Assembly: GCA_039028615.1 (NCBI GenBank)
Contig: JBCCHT010000031.1
Location: 32,001-96,000, forward strand
Direction of reading: 5' to 3'
Length of the DNA: 64,000 nt
Source: Myxococcota bacterium
GTDB taxonomy: Bacteria; Myxococcota_A; Polyangia; Nannocystales; Nannocystaceae
Made by a program: the position numbers and the translations under genes. Shown here in pieces: positions 19,276 to 30,600 of the stretch (its first letter is position 1; every line of letters begins with the position of its first letter). Below the pieces are notes generated by a model. The model ran no database searches. It was not told the DNA's origin and saw nothing but the letters and a program-made list of their open reading frames with translations.

Positions 19276-20835
19276 ATGAAGCGTGCATGGCTTGTTTGGG
19301 GGAGCTTGGTCGCATTGCCCGTGGGTTGCTTCAACCCGGACAACGCGACCGAGGATACCGATGGCAGCTCGGGGGACTCGGGCGCGACGACGGCGACGGC
19401 CGAGCCCACCACCGCGGCCGACGACACCACCACCGACCAAGCCGACAGCACCGGGGCGGATGACGTGGACGGGTGCGTGCAGGACTCCGATTGCGACGAT
19501 GGCCTCGCCTGCAACGGCACCGAGATCTGCGACGACGGCACCTGCTCACCGGGCGCCGGCCCCTGCACCAACCCCGACGCCGAGCACTGCGACATCTCCT
19601 GCGAGGAGTCGGCCGAGGGAGCCAACTGCGGCGTGGTGGCGGCCGACGACGACGGCGACGAGCACGGCGACATGGCCTGCGCCGCCGCCCCGGGCGACGA
19701 CTGCAACGACGACGAAGCCACGGTCTTCACCGGCGCGGAGGAAATCTGCGACGGGCTCGACAACGACTGCAACGGCCTCGCGGACCTCGAAGACGGCCTC
19801 GGACTCTACGGTACGCCCGTGATCGTGCCCGACGTGTTCTTCGCCGAGCTCGCGTACTCGCCCGCGGAGGAGAACTACGCCATCGCCTACAACGGCCCCA
19901 CGGGACCGCAGTTCGTCTCCTACAACCTCGACCAGACGCTCCGCGCCACGCCGCGGAGCTTCCCGCCCGACTTGGGGCCCGGCGATCGCGTGTTCCTGGA
20001 GGCGGCCGGAACCGGCTACGCGGGGATCTACCGCGATGACGCCGACGGTGACTTCATCCGCCAGCGCCAAGTGAATGCCGACGGCGACATCGCCATTGGT
20101 GGCGTGGTCTCGTCGTCGGGTGGCGTGGGCTTCTTCTACAGCGCGAGCGAGCTCGACGGCGGAGGCCTCGGGGTCATCTGGAACCAGGACAACACCCAGG
20201 AGACGCGACTGCGCCTGCTGGGAGACGACCTCGCGCCGCTGGGGCAGGTGCTCTCGTTGCCCTTCCAGGGCAACACGCCTCGGATCTCCCGCAACGGCGA
20301 CACCTTCGCCATCGGGACGCGAGAAGAGAGCACGTGGATGCGCTTTTACGACAACGACCTGGTCGAGCAGGCCGCGGTCGAAGTCACCAGCAGCCCCACC
20401 GGTACGATCTACGGCACCTTCGGCGTGGGCCCCATGGGTACCGGGTTCGGTGTGGCCTTCAACGGCGGCGTGGCCTCGCAGCGCGTCGAGTATGTCGAGT
20501 ACGAGGCCGACGGCACCGAGCGCTGTGGGCCCATCGTGCTCGCCGATTCGAGCCAGTCCTCGTTCCTCAACATGGACACCGATGGCTCGACCGCGGTCAT
20601 CTACGCCAGCGTGGGCGACGACTGGACGCTCTATCGCGTGGGGGAGAACTGCGAGCTCGTGGACGAAGGCGTGATGATCGAGTCGGTGACCTTCTTCGGC
20701 GAGATCGGTGACGTCGACATCAACGAGTCGGGCATCGGCATCGTCTCGCAGATCTTCGACGATGGCGGCGCCAACCCGCGGTATTCGTTCCGGGCGCTGG
20801 GACCCAACCTGTGCGACGCCCCCATCGGGGCGTGA
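19276..20835 (+). CDS. Secreted lipoprotein with Cys/Asp-rich putative metal-binding (MopE-like) motif, paralog 1
   Basis: Lipobox LPVGC, Thr/Asp linker, DCNDD...GAEEICDGLDNDC motif and a beta-rich C-terminal region. Confidence 0.8.
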   Translation: MKRAWLVWGSLVALPVGCFNPDNATEDTDGSSGDSGATTATAEPTTAADDTTTDQADSTGADDVDGCVQDSDCDDGLACNGTEICDDGTCSPGAGPCTNPDAEHCDISCEESAEGANCGVVAADDDGDEHGDMACAAAPGDDCNDDEATVFTGAEEICDGLDNDCNGLADLEDGLGLYGTPVIVPDVFFAELAYSPAEENYAIAYNGPTGPQFVSYNLDQTLRATPRSFPPDLGPGDRVFLEAAGTGYAGIYRDDADGDFIRQRQVNADGDIAIGGVVSSSGGVGFFYSASELDGGGLGVIWNQDNTQETRLRLLGDDLAPLGQVLSLPFQGNTPRISRNGDTFAIGTREESTWMRFYDNDLVEQAAVEVTSSPTGTIYGTFGVGPMGTGFGVAFNGGVASQRVEYVEYEADGTERCGPIVLADSSQSSFLNMDTDGSTAVIYASVGDDWTLYRVGENCELVDEGVMIESVTFFGEIGDVDINESGIGIVSQIFDDGGANPRYSFRALGPNLCDAPIGA

Positions 20836-20906
20836 CCGGATCCGCGCCCTGCTCGATGGCCGGTGCCGACGAGGGATGACTCGTCGGTCTGGCCCGAGTT
20901 GAAGTG

Positions 20907-20937
20907 TTGTCGGGCCACTGGGCCTCACGTACCGTCG
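20907..20937 (+). promoter_or_regulatory. Putative promoter of tandem lipoprotein 2
   Basis: TTGTCG, 17 bp, TACCGT, with the same TCACGTACCGTCG 13-mer. Confidence 0.5.
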
Positions 20938-20944
20938 AATGACG

Positions 20945-22468
20945 ATGCGATGGGCTCGGCTGGCTACGGCGGGGATGGTGGCGGTGCTCGTCGGCTGTGT
21001 CGACCGCGGCTCCGCGAGCAGCGGGTCGGGTGGAGGGTCCGGCGATGCGACCTCCGCGGTCGACGGAGCGACCGAGCCGGCCGATGGCTCCGGTGCCGAC
21101 GGGACCTCGTGCGTCGGCGATGCGGATTGCGACGATGGACTCGCCTGCAACGGCGTGGAGGTCTGCGACGCGGGCGTTTGCTCGCAAGGCGCCGACCCGT
21201 GCCCGAACCCGGATGCCGAGCACTGCGACGTCACGTGCGGGGAGTCGGGGCAGGGGGCCCAGTGCAACGTCGTCGCGCATGACGACGACGGCGACGCGCA
21301 CGGCGACCTCGCCTGCGTGGCCGCCTCGGGAGACGACTGCAACGACGACGACGCGGCGATCTTCCCGGGCGCGGAGGAAATCTGCGATGGCCTCGACAAC
21401 GACTGCGACGAGCTCGTCGACATCGAAGACGGCCTCGAGCTGTTCGGCTCGGCCCTGATCGTCGAAGACGGCCTCACTCGCCCCGCGCTGGCCTACTCGC
21501 CCCGTGACGCCACGTACGCTCTGTCGTACTTCTCCGACGAAGGGTGGCGCTTTGCCTCCTTCGAGCTGGACCAGACGCCGCGCGCGGGACCAGTGCCGTT
21601 TCCGAGCATGGGCCCGGGAGGGTTCCCCGTGTACCTCGAGGCGCTCGGCACTGGCTTCGGTGCGGTCTATCGCACCAGTGAAGAACCTCGGGTTCTCGAG
21701 TTTCTGCCGATTGATGCCGATGGGAACTTCGGGTCTGCCTCGACGATCTCCGAAGGCGGATCCCGCTATACCGCCCAGCAACTCGAGGGCGGTGGCGTGG
21801 GCGCGGTCTGGCAATCCGAGGGGAGCGCACCCGCGATCGGCTTCGTCGGGGACGACCTCGTGCCGCTCGAGACGGTCGAGTTGTCCGTCCCGGGAGGGGG
21901 GACCTTCCCGCGAATCAGTCGAAGCGGCGGGGTGACGGCGGTCGGTTTCGACGGCGCCACCCTCATACTGCATTTGTTCGCGGGCGACTTCTCTTCACCG
22001 TCCACGGTCGATCTGGGGGTCGATCCCGACGGGCTCGTGTCGGGCAATTTCGGGATGGGTCCCATGGGGAGTGGCTTCGGCCTGGCCTATGGCATCAGTG
22101 CCTTTCCCCGTCCCGACCGGCACATCGAGTACGTCGAGTACGAGCCGGACGGGACTCTGCGCTGCGGCCCCATCGTGTTGGCCGATGGAGAGCACGCCGT
22201 CTTCGCCGACATGGACACGGACGGATCGACCGCCGTCATCCTCGCGGCCGTGGACGAGCAGTGGGTGTTGTTCCGTGTGGGCGACAATTGCGAGCCGATC
22301 GGGGGGAGCGTTCGCATCGAGTCCACGCCCTACCTGGAGAGTGGCGAGGTCGTCATCAACGAGTCGGGGTTCGGCATCGCGTCGCTGCTCTCGGACGACC
22401 CCAGCGATCGGCGCGTCTCGTTCCGGGCGCTGGGTCCGAACCTGTGTGACGCCCCCGTGGGCCTCTGA
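20945..22468 (+). CDS. Secreted lipoprotein with Cys/Asp-rich MopE-like motif, paralog 2
   Basis: Lipobox VLVGC, near-identical Cys module and the same C-terminal SFRALGPNLCDAP as paralog 1. Start 20939 or 20945. Confidence 0.8.
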   Translation: MRWARLATAGMVAVLVGCVDRGSASSGSGGGSGDATSAVDGATEPADGSGADGTSCVGDADCDDGLACNGVEVCDAGVCSQGADPCPNPDAEHCDVTCGESGQGAQCNVVAHDDDGDAHGDLACVAASGDDCNDDDAAIFPGAEEICDGLDNDCDELVDIEDGLELFGSALIVEDGLTRPALAYSPRDATYALSYFSDEGWRFASFELDQTPRAGPVPFPSMGPGGFPVYLEALGTGFGAVYRTSEEPRVLEFLPIDADGNFGSASTISEGGSRYTAQQLEGGGVGAVWQSEGSAPAIGFVGDDLVPLETVELSVPGGGTFPRISRSGGVTAVGFDGATLILHLFAGDFSSPSTVDLGVDPDGLVSGNFGMGPMGSGFGLAYGISAFPRPDRHIEYVEYEPDGTLRCGPIVLADGEHAVFADMDTDGSTAVILAAVDEQWVLFRVGDNCEPIGGSVRIESTPYLESGEVVINESGFGIASLLSDDPSDRRVSFRALGPNLCDAPVGL

Positions 22469-22687
22469 GGCGGCCCGCGGCACGAGCCCAGGGTCCCCGG
22501 CGCCGCCTCGGATCGCGCACAGCGCACCATTTGGGCTGGCCGTCGCAACCTCGCTCAGAGTGTGCGGGAGCCCTCACATTCGCCCGGATCGGCCGATGCC
22601 AGCCTCCGGTCGCCCCTCGGCTCGCCGACTTGTGCGCCACGACGCGCGTTGATATTAGCCCGGGACTTTTCGAGCACGAGTCGACAG

Positions 22688-24097
22688 ATGGATAGCAGTA
22701 TCGAACGGATCAGCGCGGTCGAGTGTCGGGTCAAGGTTGAGATTCCGTGGACGGATGTCTCCGGGCGCCTGGCTGACAAGATGCGAGACCTGCGGCGGCG
22801 GGCACGACTCCCGGGGTTCCGCCCTGGCAAGGTGCCTCCCCAGGTGCTCGAGCGAATGTTCGGCAAGGGTGTTCGCCAGGAGCTGGCGCAGGACCTGGTG
22901 CAGGAGACCTTCCAGACCGCGGTCACCACCCACGAGACCACGCCGCTGACCCAGCCCGTGCTCGAGACGCACTCGCTGGAGAAGGGTGAGCCGTTCACCT
23001 ACGAGGCGCGCTTCGAGGTTCCGCCCGAGATCGAGCCCGACAACTACGAGGGCGTCGCCGTGCGTCGTCGTCCGGCCAAGGCGGACTCCGCCAAGGTCGA
23101 CGCCGAGCTCGAGAAGAAGCGCGAAGAGCTGTCCGAGCTGCAGCCCCTGGCCGAGGACGAGACCCGCGAGGTCACCCAGAACCTCGACGTCTGGACGGTC
23201 GACGTCGACGGCCAGGTCGGAGGCCAGCGCCTCACCCGTCGCGACGTCGAGATCGAGATCGGCTCGACCAAGAACGAGCTCATCCCCGGCCTCGCCGCGG
23301 CGATGTTCGACACCCGTCTCGACCAGGTCGGCAAGACCCGCGAGCTTCGCTTCACCCCGCCGCCCGAGCGCATGCGGGAGGAACTCAAGGGCCAGGAAGC
23401 CGTGCTCCAGGTCGGCCTGCGGAGCCTCAAGGTTCGCGTGGTGCCCGAGCTCGACGACGAGTTTGCCCGCGACACGGGCGAAGCCGAGTCGATGGACGAG
23501 CTTCGCACCAAGATCGAGGACAAGATCCGCGAGGCCGACGGTGACGAGGCCGAGCGCGAGGCTCGACGCCGCCTGGTGGAATCACTGCTCGAGGTCAACG
23601 ACTTCGAGCCCGCGCCCTCCATGGTCGCCCGCGAGGTCCAGGCCCAGGTCGAGCAGACCAAGCGTCAGCTCGCCCAGCAGGGAATGAACTTGTCCGCCAT
23701 CGGGACCACCGAGAACCAGCTCGCGCAGCGCATCCGCCCGCAGGCTTCGTTCAACGTCAAAGCGTTCCTCCTGCTCGACGCGATCGGCAAGAAGGAGAAC
23801 ATCGAGGTCACCGACGAGGAGCTCGAAAAGGAGCTCACCGACATGGCCGAGGACAGCGGGCAGAACCTCGACCGCATGAAGGCCACCATGGAGAAGAACG
23901 GGCAGATCATGCTCGTGAAGGCCCAGATGCGCGAGGAGAGGATCCTCGACCTGCTGATGGGTAAGGCCGAGATCACCGAGGCCGAGGACCCGGTCGAAGA
24001 GCAAGACCAAGAGGGCGGCGACGAAGCGTCCTCCGACGAGAGCGCGGCCGACGGCGAGTCTTCGGACAGCCCGACGCAGTCCAGCGACTCCGAATGA
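22688..24097 (+). CDS. tig: Trigger factor
   Basis: LPGFRPGKVP ribosome-binding signature and VPELDDEFA; upstream of clpP-clpX. Confidence 0.93.
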   Translation: MDSSIERISAVECRVKVEIPWTDVSGRLADKMRDLRRRARLPGFRPGKVPPQVLERMFGKGVRQELAQDLVQETFQTAVTTHETTPLTQPVLETHSLEKGEPFTYEARFEVPPEIEPDNYEGVAVRRRPAKADSAKVDAELEKKREELSELQPLAEDETREVTQNLDVWTVDVDGQVGGQRLTRRDVEIEIGSTKNELIPGLAAAMFDTRLDQVGKTRELRFTPPPERMREELKGQEAVLQVGLRSLKVRVVPELDDEFARDTGEAESMDELRTKIEDKIREADGDEAEREARRRLVESLLEVNDFEPAPSMVAREVQAQVEQTKRQLAQQGMNLSAIGTTENQLAQRIRPQASFNVKAFLLLDAIGKKENIEVTDEELEKELTDMAEDSGQNLDRMKATMEKNGQIMLVKAQMREERILDLLMGKAEITEAEDPVEEQDQEGGDEASSDESAADGESSDSPTQSSDSE

Positions 24098-24430
24098 GGG
24101 ACGCCCCAATCTGGGCTGGAGGTGAGCGATCGACGCGCGAGCTTCCACACTGTGCCCCCCCAATCGGGCGGGGCACTACTCCCCAGGTGGGCGGAACGTC
24201 CCGAGGCGGATCCCGCCAAACAGGGTTAGTCGGCCATTGTGTGGTCGAAATCCAACGATCGCATCCGGGCCGGGCCACTTGCATCGCCTGGCGCACGCGT
24301 ACACCATAGCGAGGCGGTCGGGGACGCCCACGGGGACGCAAAGGTCGGAGAGGAGCCATAGGCTCGTGCTCCTCCTAGGCGCTGCGTCTTGCCCCGAAAC
24401 GTCTTTCCCACCCCCAAGGACAAGCCTTCG

Positions 24431-25084
24431 ATGAGTCACGGCGACCACTTCGATTCTCCACCCTCGGCGAACATCCCCTTCGTCATCGAGCAGACCCACC
24501 GCGGCGAGCGTTCCTGGGACATCTACAGCCGCCTGCTCAAGGACCGCATCATCTTCCTGGGCACGCCCATCAACGACCAGGTCGCGAACATCATCATCGC
24601 GCAGCTGCTGTACCTGGAGTCCGACGACGCCGAGAAGGACATCCGCCTGTACATCAACTCGCCCGGTGGCGTGGTGACCGCGGGCCTGGCCATCTACGAC
24701 ACCATGCAGCACGTGCGCCCGCCGGTCGCCACCTACTGCATCGGTCAGGCGGCCTCCATGGGCGCGGTGATCCTCGCAGCGGGCGCGCCCGGCAAGCGCA
24801 CCGCGCTACCCAACGCCCGCATCATGATCCACCAGCCGCACGGCGGCGCCCAAGGGCAGGCCACCGACATCGAGATTCAGGCGCAAGAGGTTTTGCGCCT
24901 GCGCGCGCGGCTCAATGAAATCCTGGCGCACCATTGCGGCGTTGAAGTGGAGCAGGTGCTCAAGGACACCGACCGGGACAAATTCATGGACGCCGAGACA
25001 GCCAAGGGCTACGGTTTGGTTGACGAGGTTCTGGCCAGGCCCTTGGGCACGGGCAAGAATCCCGACCCCAAACAGGGGTCCTGA
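24431..25084 (+). CDS. clpP: ATP-dependent Clp protease proteolytic subunit
   Basis: [30 protein letters not shown] and IMIHQP. Confidence 0.97.
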   Translation: MSHGDHFDSPPSANIPFVIEQTHRGERSWDIYSRLLKDRIIFLGTPINDQVANIIIAQLLYLESDDAEKDIRLYINSPGGVVTAGLAIYDTMQHVRPPVATYCIGQAASMGAVILAAGAPGKRTALPNARIMIHQPHGGAQGQATDIEIQAQEVLRLRARLNEILAHHCGVEVEQVLKDTDRDKFMDAETAKGYGLVDEVLARPLGTGKNPDPKQGS

Positions 25085-25107
25085 CCCGAATCCCGACCCT
25101 CTGACGC

Positions 25108-26367
25108 ATGAGCTCTTCCAAGCGCGATAACGGCCACGGCAACCTGAGCTGCTCCTTCTGCGGAAAGAGTCAGAAGGAAGTCAAAAAGCTAATTGCCGGG
25201 CCGTCGGTCTACATCTGCGACGAGTGCATCTCCTTGTGCAACGACATCCTCGCCGAGGAAGTCCAGAAGGAAGAGCGCTCGCAGGGTCAAGGCAAGGTTC
25301 CCAAGCCCAAGGAAATCCGGGTCATCCTGGACGACTACGTCATCGGGCAGAACCTCGCCAAGAAGATCATCTCGGTCGCGGTCTACAACCACTACAAGCG
25401 CATCACCGCGAAGAAGAAGCCCGACGAGGCCGAGCTGCAAAAGAGCAACATCTTGCTCATCGGTCCCACCGGGTCCGGCAAGACGCTGCTCGCTCAGACC
25501 TTGGCGCGCATCCTCGACGTGCCCTTCGCCATCGCCGATGCCACCAGCCTCACCGAGGCCGGCTACGTGGGCGAGGACGTCGAGAACATCATCGTCAGCC
25601 TCCTGCAGAACGCCGACCACGACGTCGAGCGAGCGCAGCGGGGCATCATCTACATCGACGAGATCGACAAGATTGCTCGCAAGGGCGACAACCCCTCGAT
25701 CACGCGTGACGTGTCCGGCGAGGGCGTTCAGCAGGCCTTGCTGAAGATCCTCGAGGGGACCATCGCTTCGGTGCCGCCCAAGGGTGGTCGCAAGCATCCC
25801 CAGCAGGACTTCCTTCAGGTCGACACCACGAACATCCTGTTCATCTGTGGCGGAGCCTTCGCCGGGATCGAAGACATCATCGATCACCGCATGAGCGCTC
25901 GCACCATGGGCTTCGGTGCCGACATCCAAAAGAAGAAAGAGCTGCGGCAGTGGGAGCTGCTGCAGGCGGTGCAGAACGAAGACCTCATGAAGTTCGGGCT
26001 CATCCCCGAGTTCATCGGTCGTCTGCCCGTGGTCGCGCCGCTCCAGGAGCTCGACGAAGAAGCCCTGGTCAAGATCCTCACCGAGCCCAAGAACGCCCTG
26101 GTCAAGCAGTACAAGCGACTGCTCGAGATGGACGGCGTCGAGCTCAAGTTCACCGACGACGCTCTCAAGGCGGTGGCCACCAAGGCCAAGGCTCAGCGCT
26201 CCGGCGCTCGTGGCCTGCGTTCCATCCTCGAGCACGCCATGCTCGACGTCATGTACGACATCCCGAGTGTCGACAACATCGTCGAAGCGGTCGTCAACGA
26301 GGACTGCATCACCGAGGACAAGAGCCCGGTCGTCGTCTATCGGAACGAGGAAAAGGAAGCGAGCTAG
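25108..26367 (+). CDS. clpX: ATP-dependent Clp protease ATP-binding subunit ClpX
   Basis: CSFCGK...CDEC zinc finger, [36 protein letters not shown]. Confidence 0.98.
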   Translation: MSSSKRDNGHGNLSCSFCGKSQKEVKKLIAGPSVYICDECISLCNDILAEEVQKEERSQGQGKVPKPKEIRVILDDYVIGQNLAKKIISVAVYNHYKRITAKKKPDEAELQKSNILLIGPTGSGKTLLAQTLARILDVPFAIADATSLTEAGYVGEDVENIIVSLLQNADHDVERAQRGIIYIDEIDKIARKGDNPSITRDVSGEGVQQALLKILEGTIASVPPKGGRKHPQQDFLQVDTTNILFICGGAFAGIEDIIDHRMSARTMGFGADIQKKKELRQWELLQAVQNEDLMKFGLIPEFIGRLPVVAPLQELDEEALVKILTEPKNALVKQYKRLLEMDGVELKFTDDALKAVATKAKAQRSGARGLRSILEHAMLDVMYDIPSVDNIVEAVVNEDCITEDKSPVVVYRNEEKEAS

Positions 26368-26637
26368 CGCGCTGACCGCGTTGCACCCGGTGGTCGGGCT
26401 CCACCCGACCGCGGTTCGCACCTAGTGCACGAGGCCGGTGGCCAGGCGCAACGCGCTTGCCGCCGGTTTTCAATTGTGGCGCCGAATCGCCCGCCAACCG
26501 TCGTCCACTTCGTTTTAGGATGGTGCGCGGCCGGGTCGGTGCCACGGGGGTGCAACAGGTCGGCCCACGGTCCGTCCATAGGGCGGAAGCGAGGAAGCGA
26601 GTCGATGCCGACGCAGAGGATTCATCGGGGGGCACGG

Positions 26638-27465
26638 ATGGGAGCAAGTCTCGCGATCACGGTGGGCCTCATCATCGGCACCAGCGGCTGTTTCCAAGAC
26701 ACCTTCATGATGCCCGAGGACGACGACGACACCCCGGTCGGCACGACCTCGGGTGGCACCGTCCCGGCAGACAGCGGCGGCGACACGGTCAGCGCCGAGA
26801 CCGAAGACGCGGTCGACGGCACGGACGACGCGGCCACCACCACCGGTGTCGACACGACGGGCGACGACACCACCGACACGGGCGAAGAGGACAGCGGCAG
26901 CACCTCCGACATGGTCGACGACAGCACGGGCGAAGAGGTCGTGCTCTCCGTCGACGAGCTGCTCGAAGGCGACCTGGTCATCTCCGAGGTGATGTGGAAC
27001 CCGACCTGCGCCCAGGACACCTGCGAGTGGCTCGAGGTCTACAACGCCACCGCCCACACGGTGAACCTGCTCGATCTGTTCGTGCAGGACAACAACTTCA
27101 ACCCCGGCAACCAAGGGCGCATCACCACCGACCTGCTGGTCGAGTCCGGTGACGTCGTGGTGATCACCCGCGGCGTGGACTTCTGGCCCTACGACTTTGG
27201 GGCCGACGGCATCTACGGCCCGCAGCCCGGCTTCACCAACAGCTCGCCCGAGCGCGCGGTGTTGGTCAACGCGGGCGGCATCATCGACCAGACCTGGTTC
27301 TTCGACATCGACCAGGAAGAGGGCATCGCGTGGTCGCTGTCGGGGGTGAGCCTCGACGCGGTGAGCAACGACGACCCCGACTCCTGGTGCCTCGCCACCG
27401 ACGAGCTGCCGACCTTCACCGATACCGAGTACGGCACGCCCGGGCAGCTGAACCCGCCCTGCTGA
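26638..27465 (+). CDS. Lipoprotein with a lamin-tail-like (LTD) domain
   Basis: Lipobox GTSGC, Asp/Thr linker, LVISEVMWNP...EWLEVYN...GTPGQLN pattern. Confidence 0.75.
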   Translation: MGASLAITVGLIIGTSGCFQDTFMMPEDDDDTPVGTTSGGTVPADSGGDTVSAETEDAVDGTDDAATTTGVDTTGDDTTDTGEEDSGSTSDMVDDSTGEEVVLSVDELLEGDLVISEVMWNPTCAQDTCEWLEVYNATAHTVNLLDLFVQDNNFNPGNQGRITTDLLVESGDVVVITRGVDFWPYDFGADGIYGPQPGFTNSSPERAVLVNAGGIIDQTWFFDIDQEEGIAWSLSGVSLDAVSNDDPDSWCLATDELPTFTDTEYGTPGQLNPPC

Positions 27466-27622
27466 CGGCGGCTCGTACCGCAGCGGCATGAAGCCGCGTC
27501 ATTGCGGGCTCGGGCGAGTCGTTGGCATGGCGAACCGGCGACGGGTGTCCTCGGTGCGCGGGCAAAACGAAACCGCCGGGTGGCGAGCCACCAGGCGGTC
27601 GGGAGCGAGAAGCTCGGGCGGC

Positions 27623-30600
27623 TCAGCGGAGCCGGTCGACCTTGAGCTGGCCGTTGCTCTTGAACTCGGACTCGCCGGCTCGGGCCTCGGCCAGACCGCT
27701 GGTGCGGAGCACCCACATGCGGCGAACAGACACGACGTCGTCGTCCTCGCGGGCGTAGATCTCGATGAGGTTGTTGCCGGGAGTCAGCGGGACGTCGGCG
27801 CTGAAGTCCAGGTTGCCGGAGCTGGGGGTGGCGCTGGCCTCGTAGAAGACCTTCTCGCGCTTGGCGAACAGGTCGCGCGAGGGGTTGGCCACGGTGATGA
27901 ACATGTCCTGGACCCGGGTCTCGTCGGCGACGACCCCGGACAGGTGCAGGCTGGTCTCTTCGGTCTGGGTGACCATGCCCTCGAGGGTGATCTTGGGCGG
28001 AGAGACCTCGAGGACGGGCTCGTGGGCGCCGACCTTGGCCTTGCCCTTGGCGTCGTCGCAGGCCTCGTTGGGCACGAAGGCGAAGCCGCCGTCGCCGAGG
28101 TCGAGGCGCAGCCAGGTGCTGGTCTGGCCGTTGACGCGGAAGCGCTGCCCCGCGGAGGCATGAGCCACGGGGCGGCTGCCCTCGAGCGGGCTGGCGTACA
28201 GGTCGACCTCGTCGCGGGTGATGACCGAGCGGCGGCTGACCGACTCGACGGGCTCACCCACCTCGGCAACGGGGAACAGCAGCTTCTCGGAGACCGCCTC
28301 GCCGACCTTGGTGTCGGAGACCGAAAGCTGGACGCGGGTCTGGCCGCCGCGCGGGCGCTGGCGGAGCTCGGCGTCGAGGTCGATGACCTTGGTCTCGCCC
28401 ACGGGCAAGCGCTCGAGTCGCTCGCGGCCCTCGTGGATGAACAAGGCCTCGTCGCTGAGGTTGCGCAGGTTGATCCACGTGTCGAGGGCCTCGCCCTCGC
28501 CCTTGTTGGTGACGTTGACCCGCAGCCGGACGCGCTCGCCGACCTGCCAGATGCCGTCGCCGTTGCCGTCGATCTTGGTGCCCTTGGTGGGCTGGTCGAG
28601 GATCTGGTAGCCGAACGCGAACTGCGGCCGGGGCAGGCCCTCGGCGCTGATGTCGATGGAGGTCTGCGAGCCCTTGGCCAGGATGGCGCCGTACTGCTCG
28701 AACAGGTGCACGTCGATGCGATCGGTGCGGCTGATCTCGTTTTCGCCGACGGCCAGCTTGATCTCGAAGGACTTGGAGGCGCCGGGGTCGATGCGGCCGA
28801 AGATCAGCTCCCGCTCGTCGAAGTAGCGGTAGTCGCTGTCGGTGATGGCCCGCACCTGGTACGCGGTGCCGTCGCCCCGGTTCTCGACGGTGACCTCGAC
28901 CGTGCCCTTGTCGCCGCCCTTGATGGTGTTGCTGGGCTTGTCGCTCTTCACTGTCATGAACAGCTTGGGCGCCCCCGTCCCGGGCTTGGGGCCGCGGGTC
29001 CAGTCGATATCGCGGGCGGCCAGGCTGCCCGTGATGCGCTCGTGCTCGCTGCGCTTTTGGTCGCGCACGAACTCGCCCATCTGCTCGAGCAGGTCGTCGC
29101 GGCGGCTGGTGGGAGCCCAGGCCACGAGGTCACGGGCCATGCGGATCTCGGGATCCTCGAGCAGCATGGCGGTGCGCTTGTCGAGGTCTTGCTCCTTGTC
29201 GGAGTCGCGCACGGGCGCGGCCTGACGCTTGGCGTCGGCGCGGGTCTGGGCGTCGGTTTTCTTGCTGGGATCGTCGGGGTCGAGCGAGCCCTGGTCGAGG
29301 AAGTGCAGGGCAAAGGGGCTGCGCTTGCGCTCTTCGACGAGGTCGGACTCGAGGTGGGCCGACAGCGACTCCTCGCGCAGCAGATCGAAGCGCTGGCGGC
29401 CGAAGTAGGCGACGTGGTCCTTGCTGATCCAGACCGGGAGCGTCTCGATGTCGGGGGCCACGCCGACCGACTGGATGGAGACGTCACCGGGGGTGAGGTA
29501 CTGGGCCACGGTGAGCTTGAGCGCGAGCTCCTTGTCGGCGACCTTGCGATCGCGCAGCTCCTGCACCGAGCCCTTGCCGAAGCTGCGGCGCCCCATGAGC
29601 ACGGCTCGGCCCTGGTTGCGCAGCGCCCCGGCCACGATCTCGGAGGCGCTGGCCGAGCCCTGATCGATGAGCACCACGACGGGCAGATCGGGGAAGTCGC
29701 CGCGACTGCTGGCCCGGCTCTCTTTGCGGGGCGAGGCCACGCCTTCGGTGGCCACGATGGTGCCCGAGGACAGGAACGCGTCGGCGACCTCGACCGCGGC
29801 GTTGAGCAGGCCGCCGGGGTTGCCTCGCAGGTCGAGGATGACGCCCTCCACGCCCTCGCGCTCGAATTCGGAGAGCTTGGCCTGGAGCTCCTTGCCCGTG
29901 TTGCGAGAGAAGTTGCGGGGGATCTGCACCAGCCCGACCTTGCGCTCCTTGCCCTGCTCGTCGGTGTCGCGCAGGACGTCGCCGATGACGCTGTCGAGGG
30001 CGATGGTGGCCCGGGTGATCTCGAGCGGCTTGGGCTTTTGCAGGCCGTCGCGCATGACATAGACGGTGACCATCGTGCCCGCCGGGCCGCGCAGCAGACC
30101 GACCGCGTCGTTGAGGCTCATGGTGACGGTGGACTCGGCGTCGATCTGGACGATGCGGTCGCCGGGTCGCATGTCGACCTGAGACGCGGGGTTGTCCTCG
30201 ATGACGCGGATCACGGTGATCGCCCCGTCGCGCATGCCGACCTCGATGCCCAAGCCGCCGAAGCTGCCCTTGGTGCTGGCCCGCATGTCCTCGAAGTCTT
30301 CGGGCTTGAGCAGGTTGCTGTGCGGGTCGAGGGTGCCGAGCACCCCTTCGACTACCGCGTACTCGGCCTTGCGCTGCTCGTCCTCGTCGAGGGTGGTGTG
30401 CTTGTTGACGAAGCGGAAGACCGCCCGCACATGGGGCCCCACCGCCCACAGGGCCTCGACCTCGCCGATGTCGAACTCCTGCTCGGCTGTGCCCACCCGC
30501 ACGAGCACCGTCTTTCCGTCGTCGCTCGGCTCGACCAGGACCTCGGCGATGTCCTGCTCGAGGGCCTCGAGGGCGCCCAGGGTCATGGCCTGGGGATCGA

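Noticed and set aside
14919..19772. 1,617-aa minus-strand ORF
   Set aside because: Antisense shadow spanning three real plus-strand genes.
22469..22687. Possible tRNA upstream of tig (a common location)
   Set aside because: No cloverleaf, T-loop GTTCRA or CCA end is recognisable.
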